DNA of 64,000 bases from assembly GCA_964565775.1 (NCBI GenBank), contig CAZMGB010000003.1, forward strand, positions 30,079 through 94,078. Reading direction: 5' to 3'. The DNA comes from an uncultured Dehalococcoidia bacterium (GTDB taxonomy: Bacteria > Chloroflexota > Dehalococcoidia > DSTF01 > JALHUB01). The notes beneath the pieces are model-generated. The model was given only the letters and a program-made list of their open reading frames with translations. It was not told where the DNA came from and made no database searches. Both the position numbers and the translations under genes were made by a program. Positions 39,241-49,523 of this stretch are shown in pieces (the stretch's first letter is position 1; every line of letters starts with the position of its first letter).

Positions 39241-39549
39241 GGTAGTGTGCTGACATCCAGGGGGCCGGGCGCGGAGAGAGACCCGACGAGAAGTGTAGGT
39301 CACTTCCGTTGCGTGAGCGGCCAGGGCGCGGAACCGCGGTTGCGCTCGGCCCCTTCTTCGTTGGGGCGGGCGGGCCTCCCCAGCCCGGAGTCGTTCGCCT
39401 GGCATGAAGTCAAGGGCAGGAAAGATGTATCCTAGAGGGACATGACTATGCCTGCCGGGTAACCCCCTCGATACCCTGTCTTCGCTATCGTGTGGGGGAC
39501 AGGGACAGCCTGTCTATTCCTTTCGGCCACAAGATAAGGAGGCGCAAAC

Positions 39550-39921
39550 GTGTTCAAAGGTTGGCCGCCCTGCGACATCTGTGGCAAGCCTGTTGGCGAA
39601 AGGGATGGGACTCTCTCCGTCTGCTATCGCCGCATCGCCGCCTTCGACACGGCCCTCATGGAGTGGGAAAAGGAGCACCCTCACAAACTCGTCGACATGG
39701 GTTATCCTACCTTCCCCAATTCCGTTCCCTGGTTCTGGGGCCACAAGACCTGCTCCCCCGAAGCCTGCGATGGCAGCTGCAACTTCTGGATCGACGCCGT
39801 GACCCTGAACAGCGAGGGCAAAGTCCTCAACATGACCCTCCGCCTCCTGGAGAAGCCCTGGTTCCCAAACACCAATTGGGAACACGCCGTTCGCCGCCTA
39901 TATGACCTACCCCACGCCTAG
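39550..39921 (+). CDS. Hypothetical Cys-rich small protein
   Basis: SD 'AAGGAGG' 8 nt before the GTG. 'PPCDICGKPV...CYRR...CSPEACDGSCNFW'. No family recognised. Confidence 0.45.
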   Translation: MFKGWPPCDICGKPVGERDGTLSVCYRRIAAFDTALMEWEKEHPHKLVDMGYPTFPNSVPWFWGHKTCSPEACDGSCNFWIDAVTLNSEGKVLNMTLRLLEKPWFPNTNWEHAVRRLYDLPHA

Positions 39922-40533
39922 GAAGAATGCGACCGACCAAACGGGGCGGTTCTGAGATAGAGGAAGGCGCAGCAGAGCGATATTCCCTGTCCCTCAACGG
40001 AGCTGTGGGGTGCCAATACTCCATCCGTATCTGGGCACTTCGAACTGACCTTGTGCCTGGTACAAGAGCACAGGCCACGGATCCCTGAGCGGTGGCATCC
40101 GACCCTCTGTGTGATAGGCAGAAGTTCCCCGGTCCCCTTGCAGACCGCTCTGCGGCCAAGATAGAATCCCCTCGTCAGCCGATGGGCAGGGCGACTAGCG
40201 GATTCGCCCATATCCCAGGGTCTCTGGGTTGCCTCAGCACACTTCGGCAGGCAAGTTCATGGTCGATTGTTGTCGAAGGGACCCACAAGCCCTTGGCCGA
40301 GCCGCTAGGCAGACGATTCAAGAGGACAGGAGGCCCGAAAAGTCGCACCGCTTGAATCGACTCGCCGGGGAAGAGATCGCTGAATACAAAACAGGAGTCT
40401 GCCGCGGGATTTCTGCCCTGTTGAATGGGGTTCAAGAGGATGCGCGAAGACCCCTTCTCTTGGTTCTAGCGTGCCTGACGCATCGGCAGGCTCGTACGAG
40501 CAGCCAGTATGGCCCCGAATCCGGCACTCCGGC

Positions 40534-40692
40534 GGGCCCTCAAACCAGGGCGCCGGAGTCGGCTGGAAATCGGTCGGTTTCCGGCGGTCAAGACAGCGGA
40601 ATTCGAATCTGCGTTAGAGGCAGAAGGCTCGACCTCAAAACCCAGGACTTTTAATCCGGGTGTCCTGGGTTCGAGCCCCAGAGGGCCCACCA
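40534..40692 (+). ncRNA. tRNA-like structured element: perfect 7-nt complement (GGGCCCT) to the 3' acceptor strand lies 149 nt upstream of a canonical T-arm/acceptor/CCA terminus; not a canonical tRNA or recognisable tmRNA
   Basis: The 3' 45 nt fold as anticodon loop (CUUUUAA, Lys-UUU-like) through T-arm, AGGGCCC-A-CCA. The 5' region lacks a D-arm and has nested hairpins (GGCTCGA/TCGAGCC; CCCAGGA/TCCTGGG). A further 600 nt upstream (39922-40533) is ORF-poor and hairpin-rich. Confidence 0.35.
40648..40692 (+). repeat. 45-nt tRNA 3'-half-like direct repeat, copy 2 (identical to 712-756)
   Basis: 45/45 identity. Identity begins exactly at the first nucleotide of the anticodon-loop-like CUUUUAA and ends at CCA. 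Confidence 0.8.
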
Positions 40693-40827
40693 CCCCCAGA
40701 ATCGCCCCGAACCCGTAAGCAGCGACCCCTCCGGCACGCCTCAGACCGCCCCAAACGCGGGATGTGGATCCGGGCCTCTCGGACCGGCTCTCGACCGCGG
40801 TCTCTGTGGACGACAGGCAGCCTTGGC

Positions 40828-41481
40828 CTACTTCACGACGCCCACCGGCAGAACCTGGCGACCCCAGGTCTCGTTCACGACGATCGCGAAGGACGCGTAG
40901 AGCGCCGTGCCGGCGCAGATCATCCCTTCCCAGCCGGCGATCTTCTCCCAGGTCTCGTCGTGCGCGCCGATGGCCAGCAGGAAGAACAGAATGGTCAGGG
41001 TTGCGAAGACGGCCTGCACCGCCCTCGAGACCTTCAGCGCGCCCACCGTCATGTAGGCGGTGAAGATACCCCAGGCGACCAGGAAGAGTGACGCGCCTTC
41101 CGGCGTCACCCCCTCTATGGTCCCGGTGTTCTCAAGGATCTTGGTCAGCGCCAGGAACATCCAGAAGGCGCCAAAGGAGCTGAAGGCGGTGAAGCCGAAG
41201 GTGTTGTTCTTCTTCGCTTCCCACATGCCGGCTGCGAACTGGGCCATGCCACCAAAGAAGATGCCCAGCGGCCAGACCAGGCCCTCGCTTGTCTTGTCGA
41301 CCACTCCCGCGTTGAACGCGTTCAGTACCAGGGTGGTGAGTCCGAAAGCAGCCAGGCCAAGAGGAGCGGGATTACAGATGCGCTCCGCGATTTCCACAAC
41401 CCCTGCTTTCTCCTTGAGGGCAGCCACCTCCTTCTTGAGCTTCTCCAGGGCTTCGCCAAAGTCTTCCTGAGCATCCGCCAC
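40828..41481 (-). CDS. satP: GPR1/FUN34/YaaH family succinate-acetate/proton symporter
   Basis: Family signature 'NPAPLGLAAFGLTTLVLNAFNAG'. Six TM helices. Confidence 0.85.
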   Translation of the reverse strand: MADAQEDFGEALEKLKKEVAALKEKAGVVEIAERICNPAPLGLAAFGLTTLVLNAFNAGVVDKTSEGLVWPLGIFFGGMAQFAAGMWEAKKNNTFGFTAFSSFGAFWMFLALTKILENTGTIEGVTPEGASLFLVAWGIFTAYMTVGALKVSRAVQAVFATLTILFFLLAIGAHDETWEKIAGWEGMICAGTALYASFAIVVNETWGRQVLPVGVVK

Positions 41482-41737
41482 GACCCGACCACCTCCTTTT
41501 CTGCTTTTCTCCAGCTAGGAGGGCGATCCCGGCAGGCGCCGCTGGGCCTGATGGCCCGGCAGCTCACCGCGTCAACGCTCTAGGTCCAGATACGGACGGA
41601 TTCCTATCACCGCAAGCCCACCAAAGCACGTCCCTCGGATTTGCCGCTTCAGCCCCTCGTAGGCGGCCTTCACGTAATGCACGGAGGGCCGCACTGCAAC
41701 GTCGTCACGCCGCCGATGGGCATCTCACAAGCTGACA

Positions 41738-43309
41738 TCATTCACTCGGCCCCTCGCTCCGAGCGCGCTCCCGCTGAATGAGTTCGCGCCGCAGGATCTC
41801 CCCCATGGCTGACTTGGGTATCTCCCAGACGAACTCCACCTCCCTGATCCGCTTGTGGGGCGCCACCCGGTCTTCGACGAACTGCATGATGTCGCTCTTG
41901 GTGGCGCGCTGGCCTGGCCGGGCGACGACGAACGCCTTGGGGACCTGCCCTGCGTTGGGGTCGCTCTTGGGAATAACGGCAGCGTCCATGACGAAGGGAT
42001 GCTGACGAAGGACAGCCTCTAACTCGGCCGGGGCGACCTCAAAGCCTTTGTAGTTTATGGCATCCTTCTTGCGGTCCAGCACATAGACGTATCCGTCCTC
42101 GTCAAAGCTACAGATATCACCCGTCCGCAACCAGCCATCCTCAGTGAGAGCATCGGCGGTGGCCTCAGGCTGGTTCCAGTAGCCCAGCATCACCTGGGGC
42201 CCCTGGATCAGCAGTTCGCCGATCTCGCCGGTGGACAGCTCTCTGCCCGTCTCCGTGCTCACCACCTTCTCGTTGGTGTCGCTGACAGGCGGACCCACAG
42301 AGTCCAGCTTCGGACGATCCAAGGGATTCAGGTTGGTGGTAGGGCTGGTCTCCGTGAGGCCGTATCCCTGGATCACCGGGCACGAGAAGAGGCGCTGGGC
42401 CGCTTCGGCGGTGCGCGGCAACAGTCTGGCGGCGCCGGAGATGATGAAGCGCAGGGAGGAAGTGTCGTACTTCTGGCCTTGCTCCGCCAGGTCGGTGAGG
42501 CTGCGCAGGGCGGGCGGCACGACAAACAAGTCGGTGACGCTGTACTTATGGATCAGGTAGAGAACCAGGTGGGGGTCGAAGTTGGGGATGATGACCTGAG
42601 CCGAGGCATTGGCAAGGCCCACGTTCATCACCGGAATGAGCCCAAAGATCTGGTAGAAGGGGAGGAAGTCCAGGCTGACCGCGCCCGGCTGCGCCAGACC
42701 GGAGGCGAGGTTCTGACTAACGTTGCAGCAGACGTTGTGGTGCGTGAGCATGACCCCCTTGGGCAGACCGGTGGTGCCGCTGGAGTAGGGAAGAAAAGCC
42801 AGGTCCTTTTCCGGATCGATCGCCACGGGTTCAGCGTACCCGGCCGCGTTCGCCGCCTTGTCCCAGATGTCGCCGATGGGAAAGGCGCTCCGAAGTCCCG
42901 GCAATTCGTCCCTCACCATGCCCACCAGGGGGCAATTCTCAGGCGCGCAGAACACAGCGACGGCACCGCAATCGCCGAGCTGGTGGAGCAACTCCTGCTC
43001 TTTGAGCCTTGGGTTCACGGTAGTGACCACGCCGCCGGCCAGGAGGATGCTATGCACGGCCACGACGTACTCCGGGCAGCTATCAGCGAAGATAGCCACT
43101 ACGTCGCCTTTGCGTACGCCGACCTCGTCCTGGAGCACTCGGGCCATGCGACGGGCGGCATCCCAGATCTCCCCGAAGCTGTAGAACCGCTCGTCGGGGC
43201 CGATGAGAGCCGTCTTGTCCGGTTGTTGCTCAGCGCCCTCTCTGAGGCAGTCAGTGAGCGGCCGCTTGGGATAGGGCGCCTGGCTGGGCCATGGGCTGCT
43301 GATCGTCAT
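41738..43309 (-). CDS. AMP-dependent acyl-CoA synthetase/ligase (long-chain fatty acid or aromatic acid CoA ligase family)
   Basis: 'LPYSSGTTGLPKGVMLTHHNV' AMP-binding motif. 'GYGLTETS'. 'GWLRTGDI'. Confidence 0.85.
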   Translation of the reverse strand: MTISSPWPSQAPYPKRPLTDCLREGAEQQPDKTALIGPDERFYSFGEIWDAARRMARVLQDEVGVRKGDVVAIFADSCPEYVVAVHSILLAGGVVTTVNPRLKEQELLHQLGDCGAVAVFCAPENCPLVGMVRDELPGLRSAFPIGDIWDKAANAAGYAEPVAIDPEKDLAFLPYSSGTTGLPKGVMLTHHNVCCNVSQNLASGLAQPGAVSLDFLPFYQIFGLIPVMNVGLANASAQVIIPNFDPHLVLYLIHKYSVTDLFVVPPALRSLTDLAEQGQKYDTSSLRFIISGAARLLPRTAEAAQRLFSCPVIQGYGLTETSPTTNLNPLDRPKLDSVGPPVSDTNEKVVSTETGRELSTGEIGELLIQGPQVMLGYWNQPEATADALTEDGWLRTGDICSFDEDGYVYVLDRKKDAINYKGFEVAPAELEAVLRQHPFVMDAAVIPKSDPNAGQVPKAFVVARPGQRATKSDIMQFVEDRVAPHKRIREVEFVWEIPKSAMGEILRRELIQRERARSEGPSE

Positions 43310-43352
43310 CTCACACCTCCCTGAGCTTGGTCCCGCTCACTGCGGGTGGTAG

Positions 43353-45272
43353 CTAGACCTCCGTCCGGAGCGCCTCGTAGGCAGCCTTCACTTCCTCCAC
43401 AGAAGCCCCGTCCTCCAAAGTCGTCACGTCGCCGATGACCGCGTCGGTAGCCACCGCCTTGAGCAGTCGCCGCATGATCTTTCCACTGCGGGTCTTGGGC
43501 AGCTTCTTGACGAAGAACACCCTCTCCGGAGCGGCAATCGGCCCCACGGTCTTGCGGATGTGGTTATTGAGTTCCTTCTCCAGCTCGGGCGAAGGATCAT
43601 ACCCCTCTCGGAGAATGGCGAAGATGACGATCGCTTCGCCCTTCACCGGGTCAGGCTTGCTGACGGCCGCTGCCTCCGCCACCGGAGGGAAGTCCACAGC
43701 GGCGTTCTCCAGCTCAAGCGTTCCCAGGCGGTGTCCGGCAACCTTAATCACCTCGTCTGCGCGGCCGAGGAGCCAGAAATAGCCATCCTCGTCCTGCACA
43801 GCGTAGTCGCCGGTGAGGTAGTTGCCCGGAAAACGACTCCAGTATACCTGCGCGTACCTCTCGGGGTCGTTGTACAGGGTCATCAGCATGCCGGGCCACG
43901 GCTTTCTAAGGATCAGAAGCCCTCGCTCACCGGCGGCCGCAGGCTCGCCATTCTCGTTCACTACCTCCGGGTCGATGCCAGGCAGGGGCAGGCTGGCGGA
44001 ACCGGGCTTCAGAGGTGGGAGCTCGATGGCCGGGGCCTGGGAGATCATCATGCCGCCGGTCTCCGTCTGCCACCAGGTGTCCACGATGGGGCAGCGCTCA
44101 GCGCCGATGTACTTGAAGTACCACAGCCACGCCTCGGGGTTGATGGGCTCTCCCACCGTCCCCAACAGGTCCAGGCTGCTCAGGTCGTACTTGGCCGGCC
44201 ACTCCTCGCCGGCCTGCATGAACATGCGAATGGCAGTGGGCGAGGTGTAGAGGATGTTGACCCGATAGGTCTGGATGATATCCCACCAGCGGCCCAGGTC
44301 CGGATAGTTGGGCGCGCCCTCGTACATGACGCTGGTGGCGCCGAAAGCCAGGGGAGCGTACACGATGTAGCTATGGCCGGTGACCCAGCCGATGTCCGCC
44401 GTGCACCAATACACTGTATCTTCCTTGGCATCGAACACCCACCTGAACGTCGAATGCGCATACACCATGTAGCCGCCCGTACTGTGGACGACACCCTTGG
44501 GCTTCCCGGTGGTCCCTGATGTGTAGAGGACGTACAGGGGATGGCTGGCCTCCACCGGTTCCGGGTCCACGCGGTCCGACGCTTCGGTGAGCAAGTGGTG
44601 ATACCAGAAATCCCTGCCCGGCTTCATATCCACCTCCAGGCCAAGCCGGTTAATCACCACCGCTTTCTCGATGGTCGGCGAGAGGTCCATCGCCTCGTCC
44701 GCTGTCCGCTTGAGCGGCACGGGAGAGCCCCGACGGTAGCCGCCGTTGGCGGTGACCAGAAGCTTAGCCTGCACGTCGTTGATCCGGTCGGCCAGGGCCT
44801 CGCCACTAAAGCCAGAGAAGACGACGGTGAAGGTGGCGCCGATGCGGCTGCAGGCCAGCATGAAGATGGGCAGCTCTGGGATCATCGGCAGATAGAGCGC
44901 TACCCTATCGCCTTTGGCCACGCCCAGGTTCTTCAACACCGACGCGCAGCGGTTGACCTCTCGATAGAGGGTGGCATAGCTCAGGACGCGGGTGTCGCCG
45001 GGTTCCCCCTCCCAGTAAAGGGCGACCTTGTTCTTCCTCCCGTTCTCGATGTGGCGGTCCACGCAGAGATAGCAGGCGTTCAGCATTCCGCCCTCGAACC
45101 ACTTGGCGAAGGGCGGCGACCAGTCCAGCACCTTGTCCCAGGTGTGGAACCAGTCCAGCTTGCGAGCCTCGTCCCCCCAAAAGCCCTCCGGATCACTCAG
45201 CGACCTATCATGTACCTCAGAATACCTCCTGCGAGGCCAGTACTTGTTTTCGCCGACGCTAGGGCTGGTCAT
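43353..45272 (-). CDS. acs: Acetyl-CoA synthetase (AMP-forming)
   Basis: 'YTSGTTGKPKGVVHSTGGYMVYA'. 'WWQTETGG'. 'KTRSGKIMRRLLK'. 639 aa. Confidence 0.9.
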   Translation of the reverse strand: MTSPSVGENKYWPRRRYSEVHDRSLSDPEGFWGDEARKLDWFHTWDKVLDWSPPFAKWFEGGMLNACYLCVDRHIENGRKNKVALYWEGEPGDTRVLSYATLYREVNRCASVLKNLGVAKGDRVALYLPMIPELPIFMLACSRIGATFTVVFSGFSGEALADRINDVQAKLLVTANGGYRRGSPVPLKRTADEAMDLSPTIEKAVVINRLGLEVDMKPGRDFWYHHLLTEASDRVDPEPVEASHPLYVLYTSGTTGKPKGVVHSTGGYMVYAHSTFRWVFDAKEDTVYWCTADIGWVTGHSYIVYAPLAFGATSVMYEGAPNYPDLGRWWDIIQTYRVNILYTSPTAIRMFMQAGEEWPAKYDLSSLDLLGTVGEPINPEAWLWYFKYIGAERCPIVDTWWQTETGGMMISQAPAIELPPLKPGSASLPLPGIDPEVVNENGEPAAAGERGLLILRKPWPGMLMTLYNDPERYAQVYWSRFPGNYLTGDYAVQDEDGYFWLLGRADEVIKVAGHRLGTLELENAAVDFPPVAEAAAVSKPDPVKGEAIVIFAILREGYDPSPELEKELNNHIRKTVGPIAAPERVFFVKKLPKTRSGKIMRRLLKAVATDAVIGDVTTLEDGASVEEVKAAYEALRTEV

Positions 45273-45815
45273 GCCAGTTCACCTCCCGAACGTTCACTCC
45301 ATACTCTGAGCGTACCACATATGAGCAGGTCCCGGCACAGCGCTGGGGCCCCCTCGGTGGGGTCGAAGAAGTTGCCCAGATAGGTGCCTGGAGACCCATA
45401 TCGCCGTATCGCCTCCTCTCGCCTGAGGGTGGAGAGGGCTACTCAGGCGGGTGCGCCCCGTCAAGGCATCAGCCGAGCAGCTTCGCGACGCCATCGTCGT
45501 CTTCGACCACAAGCACCCTTGGAGACACCCCTCCAGTCTTGCGCCGCATCCGACGGGTTCATCCTAGAGGTTACTTGTGCAGGCGGCGTCAACTTCGGCG
45601 CCCCAGTCGTCAAGGCTGCGTGGGTGTGCTGAGGAGACGCGAAGTCCGCGTAGCCTCGGGCATTGAGTGACTCGGCGAAGCGGCCGCGGGAAGACATCTC
45701 GAACTACCGTCATCGGGGCAGGCAACGGCCCGAAGTCAGGGCCGACCAGGTCCCAGCCTTTTCATCCGGCTGTCCTCGGATCCGCTCTCGAGCGCGGTCT
45801 CCGCGGGAGTCGATT

Positions 45816-47078
45816 CTAGCGCATTCTCCACTCAGTCCCGCTCCGCTTGTCCTCAAGGACAATCCCCAGCCCAGATAGCCCGTCGCGGATCTCGTCCGCC
45901 AACGACCAATTCTGATCAGCACGCGCCCGCGAGCGTAGAGCGATGAGCAAATCCACGAAGGGCGCGATGCTCGCCTCCGTCGCGGAAGGCGAAGGGGCCA
46001 GTTCGTTGCTCCAGGCGATCAGAAACTGGCGCAGGCTGGCTTGGGCCTGGAGAATCAGGCTCTCCTCCGCGCCGGCCTCTTGCGCTTGATCCAGAACCTG
46101 CGCTAGACGGTAGATATCGTCAGCCACTCCAGCCAGGCCCGAGTGCCTGGCGCCTCCGGCAGAAACCTGTTCCACGGTCCTGGCGACTTCCTGGAGCAGG
46201 GACTCACGTGCCACGGCTCGAGCCCTCTCACCCTCATCGGAGGCCCCGGTGGGCGTCACGCCACCTTCGACAACGACCTGGTCCCGCAAGCGGTCGAGGC
46301 TGAAAGAGGTACCCGCCTTGAAGCTCATCTCATGACGCCGCCGGCGGACCGTCACCTGGCCAGCACCCATCACGCGGCACTCATCGCTGGCAAGGTCCAG
46401 GATACACGCGGTGTACTCGTCCACGCCCAGCACAAGCGTAGAATCGGGCAGAAGCTGCTCCAACACCTCGAAGCGAGGCTGGCCCATGAAGCAGTATCGC
46501 GTGTCGAAGGTGCCGCCCTCCGCATTGTTCCAGTGGCTGACGATGGCCAGGTCCAGGCCGTAGGGCCCCATGAGATTCAGCCCTTCCACCCAATGGGGCT
46601 CTTCACCGACTTTGTAGATCTCATACACGGGCAAGGCATATCTGCCGACCGCAATCGCTGCCGCGCTGGCCAAGACCAGGTGCGCCCCCTGGCCGACCCG
46701 CCTCGCCACCAGGTCGAACACGGGAGTCTGCCGCCAGTTGCGGACCGCGTACGTTGGACTCCCCGGACCCGCAAAGATGTAATTAGCGCGCGCCAGCTTT
46801 CTGAGGGCATTCTCCATTTCGCGGTCAGTGGCCCCTTTGGCTGACCTGAAGGAGGCAACGGAGCAGGGAATGCCCATGTATTCGGTAACATAGGCGCACG
46901 CCCTCCCGGAGATCTCGTCGGCGTTGAGCTCGAATCCCGCGGGCGTGTCCAGGAACACTGCTGTCACAGGTTCCTCGATCCTGGACGTCACCCAGCGGTG
47001 CACCCTGCTCATGGCCCTCGTCATCTCACCTGAGCCCATGAGTGTGACCGTTCCCGGCGAGTCAGGACGCGCTACCAT
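45816..47078 (-). CDS. Cyanophycinase-like (peptidase S51 fold) domain fused to a CysRS-C-terminal-like helical domain
   Basis: 'YIFAGPGSPTYAVRN...GAHLVLASAAAIAVG' aligns with the cyanophycinase 'IFIGGGNTFRLL...GAVYIGTSAGAM'. The C-terminal 'LADEIRDGLSGLGIVLEDKRSGTEWRMR' resembles the CysRS C-terminus. Confidence 0.45.
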   Translation of the reverse strand: MVARPDSPGTVTLMGSGEMTRAMSRVHRWVTSRIEEPVTAVFLDTPAGFELNADEISGRACAYVTEYMGIPCSVASFRSAKGATDREMENALRKLARANYIFAGPGSPTYAVRNWRQTPVFDLVARRVGQGAHLVLASAAAIAVGRYALPVYEIYKVGEEPHWVEGLNLMGPYGLDLAIVSHWNNAEGGTFDTRYCFMGQPRFEVLEQLLPDSTLVLGVDEYTACILDLASDECRVMGAGQVTVRRRRHEMSFKAGTSFSLDRLRDQVVVEGGVTPTGASDEGERARAVARESLLQEVARTVEQVSAGGARHSGLAGVADDIYRLAQVLDQAQEAGAEESLILQAQASLRQFLIAWSNELAPSPSATEASIAPFVDLLIALRSRARADQNWSLADEIRDGLSGLGIVLEDKRSGTEWRMR

Positions 47079-47216
47079 GACTCCCTCTCGACGACGCCAA
47101 GAGCTACTCTGCCCGGAACTCCGAACGGAAGCTCGCGCTGCACGCGATCGCGCATTACGGTCTGCCCCTCATAATCCTCGAAAACGTCGTCGTAGCGACC
47201 GCGCGCCGGGGCAGCA

Positions 47217-49523
47217 TTATGCCGCCAAACCCCTCTCCCCAGGCAGGGACGGCAACTGCTCCTCCTCGCCCACAGTGGCCGGCCGGCGGAAACGTAGCTT
47301 GGCCGCCAGATCGAGCAGCACCAGCAGTCCGCCCAGGCCGAAGGCCACGTCGCCGGGCATCCGCAGCCACTGGAATACCGTCCAGTCATCGTAGAAGGCG
47401 AGGCTGCGCGAGTACCAGAAGCCGTGCTCGATACCGGAGGCGAGCTGAGCGAAGCCTATAGGCAGGATGTTCAGCGCCAGCCACAGCACTATGGCCCCAT
47501 GGAAGCAACCCAGCGCCCATTGAGGTACGCGGTCGCTCCATCGCTCGGTCGGCACCATGCCTCGCACCGAAAAGTACAGCAGGCCGATAGCGAGCAGCCC
47601 GAATGTGCCCATCATGCTGGCGTGGCCGTGCGCCAGAGTGAGGAACTGCCCATGCTCGAAGTAGCTCATGATAGGCGGGTTGATGATGCCACCCAGCACA
47701 CCAGCGCCCAGCACGTTCCAGACGGCCGCGCCCGTGAAGTACATGAAGGCCGTACGCTGCGGGAAATCCCGCCCCGCCGCCCGCACGGCCCGGTACTCAC
47801 GCCAGGCTCCCACCATCATTACCCCCAGGGGGATAACCTCCAGGAAGGAGAACATGCTTCCCAAGGCGATCCACACGGCCGGCTCGCCCACCCAGTAGTA
47901 GTGGTGACCGGTGCCGAGGATGCCGGAGCCAAAGATGAGGATCACCTCGAAGTAGACAGTGCGCTCAACGAACCGGCGCGAGAGCAACCCCATGCTCAGC
48001 ACGGCATAGCCGATGACGGCCACGGTGAAGAACTCAAACATGTTCTCCACCCAAAGGTGAACCACCCACCAGCGCCAGAAGTCGGTGAGGGTCACGCTCG
48101 CCATGATGCGATTCAACGGCAGCATGCCGAAGACGTACACGAGGCCAATGGCGGCACCGCTGTAGAGCAGCAGATGCTCCAGGCTGCCCCAAGTCCGTCT
48201 GGCGCGCAGGCCTGGCCAGAAGGCGCGGAGGAGAATGGCCGCCCAGATGAGCAAGCCCAGAAAAAGAGCTATCTGGAAGGCCCGGCCGAGCTGGATGTAC
48301 TCCAACCCCTGGTTTCCGATCCAGAACCAACTCCCACGCATGTTGCTCTTGACCCCAAACCAGAGCCCGATGGACGCGCCCACGACCACCACGACCACCG
48401 CCGCCCACAGCACGTTCGCCAGGAGGCGCTGGTGGTGCGGCTCACGGCGGCCGACGATGGGAGCGAGAAAGAGGCCAGCCCCCAGCCAGGCCGCAGCAAG
48501 CCAGGCGATAGCCAGTTGGATGTGCCAGGCCTTGAGGACGTTGAACGGGAGTACGTTCTTGAGATCGAAACCGAAGAAGCTGCCGCGGTCGGCGTAGTAG
48601 TGCGCGATGAGCATACCGGCCAGGGCCTGAAGCAGGAGCAGGACCGGCACCAGCAAGAACCACTTGGCGGTCGATGTCTGGCTCGGGGTGAGCGGTGTTT
48701 CCGCTGGCACGGCCGCAGCTTCCACCGCCTCGGCCGGTGGGGCGATGAAGCGGCGGTAGAACAAGTAGACGGCAGCGCTCATGGCCACCAGCCCGGCCAC
48801 TGAACCCCAGGTCCACCAGTACATGCCCCGGGTTGGTTCATTGCCCACTGAGGCATCGTGGGGCCAGTTGTTGGTGTAGGAGAAGCCCTCGCCGGGGCGC
48901 TGTGCCGCGCTGGTCCACGCGACCCAGCCAAAGAAGGCGGCAAGCTGATCGGCCTCCGCGGCACTGCGGACAGTGTCCGCAGGAAGGCCCAGCTCCTCGT
49001 CGCCCTCAATAAACAGGGTGTGGTAGTAGCTTCGTAGCTCCCGGTGCGCCGCCGCCTGGCCGCTCGTCATGGTTAAGACGCCACCGGAGTAGCGGTTCGT
49101 CTTCAGCTCGTCGATTACCTGCCGGTCGACGGCGGCGCGCCGGGTAGCGCCCAGGGCGTCGTATGACGAGCCGAAACGCTGCTCCGCATAGAAGCCCCGC
49201 ATCAACTGGCCCTCGCGGTGGAGGTAGTCGGCGCCCCAGTCCGGGCCGAAATAGGCACCGTTACCGTACAGCGAGCCGAAGTCCATGAGGTCGGTGCGCT
49301 GGAAGACGCCCTTGCCATCGACAACGTCGTCCTTCGTGTAGAGCACGTCCCCGCTCGGGCTGACCACCTGGTCAGGGATAGGTGGGCGCTCTCGGTGCAC
49401 CATCACCGTCCCATAGATGAGGACGGCCACGGCGGCGGCCAGCGTGACGATCAGGCCCCAGCGCAGGAATCGGTCAATTCGAGCTTCCAGACCCTGGTAT
49501 GAACGTCCTGTCTGAGCGCTCAT
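47217..49523 (-). CDS. norZ: Quinol-dependent nitric oxide reductase (qNOR, NorZ; haem-copper oxidase superfamily with N-terminal periplasmic extension)
   Basis: 768 aa. One TM plus a ~200-aa periplasmic domain, then a 12-TM core with conserved His ('GHHYYW', 'HLWVENMFE', 'LAHGHASMMG'). Confidence 0.85.
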   Translation of the reverse strand: MSAQTGRSYQGLEARIDRFLRWGLIVTLAAAVAVLIYGTVMVHRERPPIPDQVVSPSGDVLYTKDDVVDGKGVFQRTDLMDFGSLYGNGAYFGPDWGADYLHREGQLMRGFYAEQRFGSSYDALGATRRAAVDRQVIDELKTNRYSGGVLTMTSGQAAAHRELRSYYHTLFIEGDEELGLPADTVRSAAEADQLAAFFGWVAWTSAAQRPGEGFSYTNNWPHDASVGNEPTRGMYWWTWGSVAGLVAMSAAVYLFYRRFIAPPAEAVEAAAVPAETPLTPSQTSTAKWFLLVPVLLLLQALAGMLIAHYYADRGSFFGFDLKNVLPFNVLKAWHIQLAIAWLAAAWLGAGLFLAPIVGRREPHHQRLLANVLWAAVVVVVVGASIGLWFGVKSNMRGSWFWIGNQGLEYIQLGRAFQIALFLGLLIWAAILLRAFWPGLRARRTWGSLEHLLLYSGAAIGLVYVFGMLPLNRIMASVTLTDFWRWWVVHLWVENMFEFFTVAVIGYAVLSMGLLSRRFVERTVYFEVILIFGSGILGTGHHYYWVGEPAVWIALGSMFSFLEVIPLGVMMVGAWREYRAVRAAGRDFPQRTAFMYFTGAAVWNVLGAGVLGGIINPPIMSYFEHGQFLTLAHGHASMMGTFGLLAIGLLYFSVRGMVPTERWSDRVPQWALGCFHGAIVLWLALNILPIGFAQLASGIEHGFWYSRSLAFYDDWTVFQWLRMPGDVAFGLGGLLVLLDLAAKLRFRRPATVGEEEQLPSLPGERGLAA

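Noticed and set aside
39922-40692. tmRNA (ssrA) as identity of the tRNA-like locus and integration target
   Set aside because: Two expected features are absent. There is no tmRNA 5' 'GGGGnnG-AUUCUGGAUUCGAC' signature. No short tag-peptide frame ends in '...AA-stop' in any of the three forward frames. The only perfect acceptor complement gives a 159-nt molecule, too short for tmRNA.
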